This document shows, piece by piece, positions 1-6,862 of a stretch of 10,064 nt of DNA. The position numbers were made by a program, and so were the translations under genes. Location of the stretch: assembly GCF_006345805.1 (NCBI RefSeq), contig NW_021827208.1, positions 1-10,064 of the forward strand, written 5' to 3'. Under the pieces are notes generated by a model that did not search any database, was not told where the DNA came from, and saw only the letters and a program-made list of their open reading frames with translations. Each line of letters begins with the position of its first letter. The stretch's first letter is position 1. This stretch comes from Octopus sinensis (taxonomy: Eukaryota).

Positions 1-412
1 CAGGTAGGTGAGTTTGTAGGTAGTTAGGCAAGTATGCAAGTCAAACACATTGCTATAGAAATCTGTGATGGTTTTTATCCTCTTCATTTTACATAGACGT
101 GATGCAGAAGAAATTTTTCTAGAGTTTAAGCGGGAAAAAAGTGCCTCATTCCACAAAATATCAATAGCTTATCAATAAAATATCGATTCAAATATTATCT
201 AATATAAAAGGACCTTGTTTGAATCTCATCTCACTTGAGTTGTATACACAGTGAACATTATTATGGGAATAGCTGGAATCGATGATGGCGACTCGTTCAA
301 AGGCTGCAATATAGACGTCTTAAGCAAATGAACGTGATGGGTGTAAGAGCAGCGAAGCTGAGTAAAATGATAGAGTTTCAGGAAGTGGCAATATCTGCAA
401 CGGCTTGTATAC

Positions 413-532
413 ATAGAGGCAGAGAAAGAGAGCAAGAAAGAAAGAAAGAAAGAAAGAAAGAAGGAGGGAGACAGGCAGACATGAAAACAGGGACAGGGAA
501 AGACAGGGAGAGACGGAGAAAGAGAGAGAAGA
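413..532. repeat. (GAAA)n/(GA)n purine-rich simple repeat
   Basis: Direct reading. Confidence 0.9.
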
Positions 533-635
533 CATAAATTGAAAAGATAGACCGAAAAAACACTCACCTAAACATACATAAACACTCACCTCGTGCACAC
601 CAACATACGCAGACATATACGTGTCTATACACAAC

Positions 636-730
636 ATGTATATATAGATACATATGCACCTGTGGGTAATATTCTAGTGTGTGTGTGTATTCATATATAT
701 ATATATATATACACGTATATATATATATAT

Positions 731-761
<31 letters not shown>

Positions 762-865
762 ATATCTATATATATTATATATATCTTCTATTATATATAT
801 AATATATATATTACATATATATATATACATATATATATATATACATATATATGTATATATATTAC
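636..865. repeat. (TA)n/(TG)n/(CATA)n compound microsatellite
   Basis: Direct reading. Confidence 0.9.
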
Positions 866-959
866 AAAACAAGCTCAAATACACGCACTTATCTGCACTG
901 TGTATGAGAAACTGTCATTTTATGTATTTATTCATACATAGCATAACATAGGTGTCAAT

Positions 960-1157
960 ATTTATATATACTACATTTATGTAGTATTATTCTATACATA
1001 TATATCTATACATATATATATATATATATATAAGTGTATATATATATAGTATGTTGTGTGTGTGTTGTGTGTGTGTGTAGGTATATATGTATATAGGATA
1101 GACAGATAGGTATATACATCTATATGTATATATATATCTACTATATCTATCTATCTA

Positions 1158-1202
<45 letters not shown>

Positions 1203-1385
1203 ATATATATATATAAATATATACTATATATAATATATATATATATATATAGAATATATACGTACCAATTACTCATGGCGGTGTGCATGTGTGTGTATGT
1301 GTAGTACAGGTTTGTGTTTTTTTTTCTACATATATATATATCTCCATATATTTACATATATACATATGCAAATACAAAATGCACA

Positions 1386-1420
<35 letters not shown>

Positions 1421-1460
1421 CACACACACACACCACAAAACACACACACACACATCACAC
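960..1460. repeat. Compound (TA)n/(TG)n/(TCTA)n/(CA)n microsatellite region
   Basis: Direct reading. Confidence 0.88.
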
Positions 1461-1590
1461 TCCACATCTGTAAATCCGACTGAATAGGTTTCTCCATGAC
1501 AGAAACTTCATAGGGCAAAAATCGATAATACGGTCTAGTATGTATTTAACATATTTCTGGTTAAAAATAATTACCTTGTTTTTACATTAG

Positions 1591-1688
1591 GCATAGAGAT
1601 CTCCAATTTCAGACGTTACACAATTTACTTGATGGCCTAATTAAAACGATGGCGGTTGGTAGGATGTTGGCAGGTGAAGGAATTAACG
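1591..1688 (+). CDS. Possible 98-bp exon (HRDLQFQTLHNLLDGLIKTMAVGRMLAGEGIN)
   Basis: Acceptor CCTTGTTTTTACATTAG|, donor ACG|GTGAGT, and an open frame. The peptide is unrecognised and lies on the opposite strand to the 9760-9867 candidate. Confidence 0.27.
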
Positions 1689-1761
1689 GTGAGTGCATGT
1701 GTGTGTTTGTCTTAATATCGGAAAATAACCGTGATAAATGAAACGGAATGATATAATATGA

Positions 1762-1773
1762 TATACACACACA

Positions 1774-1822
<49 letters not shown>

Positions 1823-1842
1823 TATATATATATATATATATA
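1762..1842. repeat. (CA)n(TA)n microsatellite
   Basis: Direct reading. Confidence 0.92.
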
Positions 1843-1963
1843 TTGTTATATTTCGGAATGGTCACATTGCCAGTTTTAGCCAATAAAAACACACGCACTA
1901 TTAATTGGTGTTTTTTTTTGTCAGTGATATTTATTTTTTACATTAATCTTAATCTTATTTCGG

Positions 1964-2003
1964 CCAGAGTTCTTTCGTCACACTCCTGTGACCGCATCAG
2001 TGG
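1964..2003 (-). ncRNA. Degenerate minimal type I hammerhead motif
   Basis: Minus strand: CCA-CTGATGCG-GTCACA-GGAG-TGTGAC-GAAA-G-AA-CTC-TGG. It has a perfect 6-bp stem II, a 2-bp stem III, a CUC triplet and a 3-bp stem I. Core A9 is not conserved. Confidence 0.55.
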
Positions 2004-2324
2004 TACTTTGTTTTCTTTTTCGTATTTGTGTCTCTCTTTACTAACCGTCAGCCATTTTGTATTTCTATTGTATGTCTTCATTTGCGCATGCTTATATCTC
2101 TATGTGCGTCTATGTTTATTTAGTGTGTGTGGGGATGCCTGTAATATTGTATCTTCTGTTTATATACATTCATGTAATTTGTATTTTGTTTTTGTTGTTG
2201 TTGCTTTTGTTCTAATTTTGTTCATGTGTTTACATCCCACCATTATTATCATTACATATGCTTGTATGTATGTATGTATAACAACGATATTAGTAATAAT
2301 AATAATAAATCTAATCGAAAAACA

Positions 2325-2450
2325 AAAAAAAAATATATATATATACACATACATATACAATATACATATATATATATATATACATTAATATATATATATA
2401 TACATATATACATACATAACATATATACATAGATATTATACATATATAGT
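2325..2450. repeat. (TA)n/(CATA)n microsatellite
   Basis: Direct reading. Confidence 0.9.
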
Positions 2451-2510
2451 TATTCATTTCTATTTGTTTATTTATCTGTGTATTTATTTGTTTTTCGAGA
2501 TCCTCTATCG

Positions 2511-3265
2511 TCATATGTTGTGGTGTGTGCTATTGCTCCATTCTAGTTTTCTATTCAGGCTAGGTTTATTTTCTATTATATGTGTAGCTCTGTAATTTGT
2601 CTAATTGTTGCATCTGTTCTATGTGTAGATAATATCTTAATCTCTATGTTATTGATTGATCCCCCGTGTTCCTGTTCGGCGTGTTGGTACAGAATCGATG
2701 AGCTTTTACCTTCCTTGAGTTGTCTCCAATGTCCATTCACCCGCTCTCCTATGCTTCTTGCCGTTTCTCCTACGTATGTTATTGTCTTGTTACTGCATCG
2801 TCCCTCTATGCATCTTATACTATAGACTACATTTCTGGCTTTACAGTTTGTTTGTGGGCTAAATCTACATACAGTGCAATACTTAACCGTACAGGGGGTT
2901 CTACTAAAAGGATAGGTTCTACCAATTATAGATTTGATAGGGTTGCCTGGCTTTTCAACAACCTTAATTCTTAGTTTAAGTTTATCTAGGGTCCTTCTAA
3001 AGCGGTACGCCAGTTCACCTCCAGGGGTGGTGTCAACGAACATGACACTCTGGTATTTATGGCTATCATACCAAGAGTTGGCCTTCCCTATTTTCTTTTT
3101 TGTCCTTTCTATAGTGTTCCATGACTTGTTCCTATAGAGTGGGCAAATCCCATTCCTATCATTACATAATATATTATCAAATTTCTTCATGGCTCCTTTG
3201 TATACTCTGATCCTTTCTTTATGGCTGTAACCTGAGAACTGCATTGAGGTTCTTGACAAGCACAA
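2511..3265 (-). pseudogene. Penelope-like element pol C-terminus: RT thumb, Cys-rich linker and GIY-YIG endonuclease (5'-truncated, one frameshift)
   Basis: ORF 2576-3265 contains MQFSGY, VMFVDTTPGGELA, linker C-x4-C-x2-C-x7-C and NVVYSIRC...C...YVGETARSIGERVNGH...YQH...ITE. Restoring one G at 2587/2588 gives ITEATHIIENKPSLNRKLEW...TGA (2513-2511), which recovers the conserved GIY-YIG Asn. Confidence 0.9.
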
Positions 3266-3520
3266 CTACACCGAGCCAGAGCGTACGTAATATTAATGGT
3301 GACTAAGGTCTCTCTATTCTCTCCGTACTCTCCAAAATTCCTGAACACCTGAGCTGGGACCTCATCACGAGACGCATTTTAATGTCTTGCTCACGACGTG
3401 TGATTAATAAAACAAGATTAGAAAAAATTCTGTATGCTTTATCTAGATTCGTAAATTTAAAACAGTTTGTGTTTTAACATTCCATGTGAATTATGCCATA
3501 GGAATATTTAACTTTGCAAA

Positions 3521-3594
3521 GGTGGTGAACTGACAGAATCGTTTGGCTGTCGGATTAAAATGCTTAGCGGCATTTCGCCTGTTTTTACGTCTCT
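3521..3594 (+). mobile_element. SINE head fragment (truncated)
   Basis: GGTGGTGAACTGACAGAATCG...AAAATGCTTAGCGGCATTTCG matches the 5' end of an abundant Octopus SINE as I recall it. Not database-checked. Confidence 0.55.
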
Positions 3595-3690
3595 AGGGCT
3601 TATTCTTTGTAAGCCTAGTACTTATTCTATCAGTTTCTTTTGCCGAACCGCTAAGTTGCGGGGGGCGTAAACACAGACACACAAATACAC
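3595..3690 (-). mobile_element. 3' (tail-side) half of a tRNA-derived SINE split by the ribozyme array
   Basis: 3599-3665 aligns with 9126-9192 of the full-length copy (CTTATTCTTTGTAAGCCTAGTAC...GCCGAACCGCTAAGTT) and is followed by the family's internal microsatellite. Confidence 0.85.
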
Positions 3691-3846
3691 ACATACATAC
3701 ATACATACATACATACATACATACATACATACATACAAAATACGTACATACACACATACACGCGTGCACACACACACATACACACATACACACACACAAA
3801 CACATACACACAAATACACACACACACACACGTACGCACACACGCA

Positions 3847-3901
<55 letters not shown>

Positions 3902-3914
3902 TTTTTTTTTTTTT
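3680..3914. repeat. (CATA)n/(CA)n/(TA)n/T14 tract (internal microsatellite of the split SINE)
   Basis: Direct reading. (TA)n resumes at 6592-6612 on the other side of the array. Confidence 0.92.
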
Positions 3915-4261
3915 CGTTAAGTCGGAACAGATATTTTCACGAGGCATTTCCGACCCTGCCAAGGCAATATCTGACCTAAAATTTTCAAATCAATATAAGC
4001 CGTCGATTCCATTACGGAATTAACCAGAAAATTCATAATTAATCAATATAGGGTGGCAAAAATTTTGTAGAAGAATTTTTTTGCCACCAAGCGGCCTAGT
4101 GGAAAAAATTAAATAGTCATAGACCATTTTTAAGTTCAACATCAACAATCCAGGAACGGCCATAATAGGCCATTCACCCACTAAAATAACAGCAAAGCTT
4201 CAACCGCAAATAAAATCAATTCCGTAAACCAGGAGAAAATTTAAAAAACATTTACCCTGTA

Positions 4262-4366
4262 ATTTCTTATGATGCAGCACCGTTTCATCTGCTGTTTAAT
4301 GGTAAACTAACCTGATTAAATTAAATCAAGCCATCTTCCATAGGCCCTCATATTCTTCAGTAGAAT
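4262..4366 (-). ncRNA. Degenerate hammerhead ribozyme (copy R1)
   Basis: CTGAAGA and GAAAC are retained. The cleavage region reads GGTGCTGCATCA-TAAGAAAT, so GUA is lost. Stem II 5' arm is ATATG and stem I 5' arm is ATTCTA. Confidence 0.65.
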
Positions 4367-4741
4367 GCCAAGTCGGAACAGATATTTTCACGAGGCGTTT
4401 CCGACCCAGCCAAGGCAATATCTGACCTAAAATTTTCAAATCATCGCACTCGCGGCCAAATTTATCGGCAGCAAATAAATATAAGCCGTCGATTCCATTA
4501 CGGAATTAACCAGAAATTCATAATTAATCAATATAGGGTGGCAAAAATTTTGTAGAATTTTTTTGGCCACCAGCGGCCTAGTGGGAAAAATTAAATAGTC
4601 ATAGACCATTTTTAGTTCAACCTCAACAATCAGGAGGCCATAATAGGCCATTCCCCACTAGAAATAACAGCCAAAGCTTCAACCGCAAATAAAATCAATT
4701 CCGTAAACCAGGAAGAAAATTTAAAAAACATTTACCCTGTA

Positions 4742-4849
4742 ATTTCTTATACGATGCCACCGTTTCATCTGCTGTTTAATGGTAAACTAACCTGATTAAA
4801 TTAAATCAAGCCAATCTTCCATAGGCCCTCAGATTCTTCAGTAAGAAAT
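4742..4849 (-). ncRNA. Type I hammerhead ribozyme, intact (copy R2)
   Basis: Minus strand reads ATTTCTTA-CTGAAGA-ATCTG...CAGAT-GAAA-CGGTGGCATCG-TA-TAAGAAAT, with one extra G in the stem III loop. Predicted cleavage between 4750 and 4749. Confidence 0.85.
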
Positions 4850-4993
4850 AGCCAAGTCGGAACAGATATTTTCACGAGGCATTTCCGACCCTGCCAAGGC
4901 AATATCTGACCTAAAATTTTCAAATCATCGCACTCGCGCCAAATTTATCGGCAGCAAATAAATATAAGCCGTCGATTCCATTACGGAAAACAG

Positions 4994-5022
4994 CAGATGA
5001 AACGGTGCATCGTATAAGAAAT
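4994..5022 (+). ncRNA. 3' half-hammerhead at the inversion junction (copy F0)
   Basis: CAGAT-GAAA-CGGTGCATCG-TA-TAAGAAAT is present. The CTGAAGA half is removed by the junction at ~4988. Confidence 0.7.
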
Positions 5023-5397
5023 TACAGGGTAAATGTTTTTAAATTTTCTCCTGGTTTACGGAATTGATTTTTATTGCGGTTGAAGCTTTGGCTGTTATTT
5101 CTAGTGGGTGAATGGCCTATTATGGCGTTCCTTGATTGTGATGTTGAACTTAAAAATGGTCTACTTTATTTAATTTTTTCCCACTAGGCCGCTGGTGGCA
5201 AAAAAATTCTACAAAATTTTTTGCCACCTATATTGATTAATTATGAATTTTCTGGTAATTCCGTAATGGAATCGACGGTATATATTTATTTGCTGTCGAT
5301 AAATTTGGCGCGAGTGCGATGATTTGAAAATTTTAGGTCAGATATTGCCTTGGCAGGGTCGGAAATGCCTCGTGAAAATATCTGTTCCGACTTGGCT

Positions 5398-5503
5398 ATT
5401 CTTACTGAAGAATCTGAGGGTCTATGGAAGATTGGCTTGATTTAATTTAATCAGGTTAGTTTACCATTAAACAGCAGATGAAACGGTGCATCGTATAAGA
5501 AAT
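5398..5503 (+). ncRNA. Type I hammerhead ribozyme, intact (copy F1)
   Basis: TTCTTA 5399-5404, CTGAAGA 5405-5411, ATCTG 5412-5416 / CAGAT 5475-5479, GAAA 5480-5483, GTA 5493-5495, TAAGAA 5496-5501. Predicted cleavage after 5495. Confidence 0.87.
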
Positions 5504-5883
5504 TACAGGGTAAATGTTTTTTAAATTTTCTCCTGGTTTACGGAATTGATTTTTATTTGCGGTTGAAGCTTTGGCTGTTATTTCTAGTGGGTGAATGGCC
5601 TATTATGGCCGTTCCTTGATTGTTGATGTTGAACTTAAAATGGTCTATACTATGACTATTTAATTTTCCCACTAGGCCGCTGGTGGCAAAAAATTCTACA
5701 AAATTTTTTGCCACCCTATATTGATTAATTATGAATTTTCTGTTATTCCGTAATGGAATCGACGGCTTATAATTTTTGCTGCCGATAAATTTGGCGCGAG
5801 TGCGATGATTTGAAAATTTTAGGTCAGATATTGCCTTGGCAGGGTCGGAAATGCCTCGTGAAAATATCTGTTCCGACTTGGCT

Positions 5884-5988
5884 ATTTCTTACTGAAGAAT
5901 CTGAGGGCCTATGGAAGATTGGCTTGATTTAATTTAATCAGGTTAGTTTACCATTAAAACGCAGATGAAACGGTGCATCGTATAAGAA
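5884..5988 (+). ncRNA. Type I hammerhead ribozyme, intact (copy F2)
   Basis: ATTTCTTA 5884-5891, CTGAAGA 5892-5898, ATCTG 5899-5903 / CAGAT 5962-5966, GAAA 5967-5970, GTA 5980-5982, TAAGAA 5983-5988. Predicted cleavage after 5982. Confidence 0.87.
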
Positions 5989-6359
5989 TTACAGGGTAAA
6001 TGTTTTTTAAATTTTCTCCTGGTTTACGGAATTGATTTTTATTGCGGTTGAAGCTTTGGCTGTTATTTCTAGTGGGTGAATGGCCTATTATGGCCGTTCC
6101 TTGATTGTTGATGTTAACTTAAAATGGTCTATGACTATTTAATTTTTTCCCACTAGGCCGCTGGTGGCAAAAAATTCTACAAAATTTTTGCCCCCTATAT
6201 TGATTAATTATGAATTTCTGGTTAATTCCGTAATGGAACGACGGCTTATATTATTTGCTGCGATAATTTGGCGCGAGTGCGATGATTTGAAAATTTTAGG
6301 TCAGATATTGCCTTGGCAGGGTCGGAAATGCCTCGTGAAAATATCTGTTCCGACTTGGC

Positions 6360-6465
6360 ATTTCTTACTGAAGAATCTGAGGGCCTATGGAAGATTGGCT
6401 TGATTTAATTTAATCAGGTTAGTTTACCATTAACAGCAGATGAAACGGTGCATCGTATAAGAAAT
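6360..6465 (+). ncRNA. Type I hammerhead ribozyme, intact (copy F3)
   Basis: Stem I ATTTCTTA 6360-6367 / TAAGAAAT 6458-6465 (8 bp); CTGAAGA 6368-6374; stem II ATCTG 6375-6379 / CAGAT 6437-6441; GAAA 6442-6445; stem III C-GGTGCATC-G; GUA triplet 6455-6457. Predicted cleavage after 6457. Confidence 0.88.
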
Positions 6466-6612
6466 TACAGGGTAAATGTTTTTTAAATTTTCTCCTGGTT
6501 TACGGAATTGATTTTTATTTGCGGTTGAAGCTTTGGCTGTTGTATTTCTAGTGGGTGAATGGCCTATTATGGCCGTTCCTTGATTGTTGATATAATATAT
6601 ATATATATATAT

Positions 6613-6780
6613 ACGACAGGCTTCTTTCAGTTTCTATCTACCAAATCCACTCACAAGGCTTTGGCCGGCCCGAGGCTATAGTAGAAGACACTTTCCCAAG
6701 ATGCCACGCAGTGGGACTGAACCCGAAACCCTGTGTTTGGGAAGTAAGCTTCTTGACACACACACAGCCACGCCTGTGCC
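6613..6780 (-). mobile_element. 5' (tRNA-head/CORE-like) half of the same split SINE
   Basis: Aligns with ~9360-9502. On the minus strand it has A-box-like TGGCTGTGTG, B box GGTTCAGTCCC (6723-6713) and CORE-like CATCTTGGGAAAGTGTCTTC. Confidence 0.85.
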
Positions 6781-6862
6781 ACTTTTGTGTCCCACAAAAT
6801 CGAACAAAAAAATAAAAGCGGTTAAACCCAGAATGATAAATGCTTAGTTTACAGTCAAAAGT

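Larger units (their letters stand above)
1900..3396 (-). mobile_element. Truncated Penelope-like retrotransposon copy including putative 3' UTR/pLTR and inverted 5' segment (boundaries approximate)
   Basis: Coding core at 2511-3245. An A-rich minus-strand segment at ~1900-2330 follows, interrupted by (TA)n and carrying a hammerhead-like motif at 1964-2003. A thumb-like peptide is on the + strand at 3246-3396. Confidence 0.55.
3919..6591. mobile_element. Tandem/inverted array of ~480-bp hammerhead-ribozyme-containing units (retrozyme-like, or Penelope pLTR-like satellite)
   Basis: Left arm: AAGTCGGAACAG recurs at 3919, 4370 and 4854 (periods 451 and 484). Right arm, reverse-complement orientation: equivalent positions at 4988, 5469, ~5956 and ~6432 (periods 481, 487, 476), ending at 6591. 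Copies differ mostly by 1-nt homopolymer indels. Each complete unit has CTGAAGA...GAAAC...GTA with paired stems. Confidence 0.9.

Noticed and set aside
97-178. Plus-strand acceptor (TTTTACATAG) followed by RDAEEIFLEFKREKSASFHKISIAYQ* and AATAAA
   Set aside because: Short, with no recognisable homology and no convincing donor. Expected by chance in AT-rich DNA.
560-592. Duplicated AACACTCACCT (two AG|GTGAGT donor-like sites on the minus strand)
   Set aside because: Embedded in low-complexity sequence with no credible upstream exon.
226-2514. Numerous 60-180 aa ORFs rich in Y/I/C/V/H/T
   Set aside because: They are translations of (TA)n, (CA)n and (GAAA)n microsatellites. The same applies to ORFs at 3593-3979, 7584-7949 and 9012-9401.
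2580-3137. Plus-strand ORFs 2580-2825, 2720-2974 and 2934-3137
   Set aside because: They are antisense shadows of the Penelope coding region.
2511-3265. Selenoprotein recoding as reported for some Naiad PLEs
   Set aside because: No in-frame UGA occurs within the preserved fragment, and I could not identify a SECIS in 1900-2510.
4436-4651. ORFs within the repeat unit (also 6164-6403)
   Set aside because: Frames are not preserved between near-identical copies and no motif is recognisable. The unit is better explained as structured RNA.
5780-5856. Pol III A/B-box-like motifs in the repeat unit (TGGCGCGAGTG ... GTCGGAAAT)
   Set aside because: Both deviate from consensus, and T4 runs lie between or shortly after them.
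5825-5877. HDV-like ribozyme (CCTCGTG resembles the L3 loop)
   Set aside because: There is no P1.1 GG, P4 or J4/2 catalytic C, because P1' abuts P2' directly. Kept only as a pseudoknot candidate.
3919-6591. CRISPR array or simple fold-back read artefact
   Set aside because: There are no unique spacers and the units are ~480 bp in eukaryotic DNA. The flanks are non-mirrored halves of one SINE and the junction is asymmetric, although read-level confirmation is still needed.
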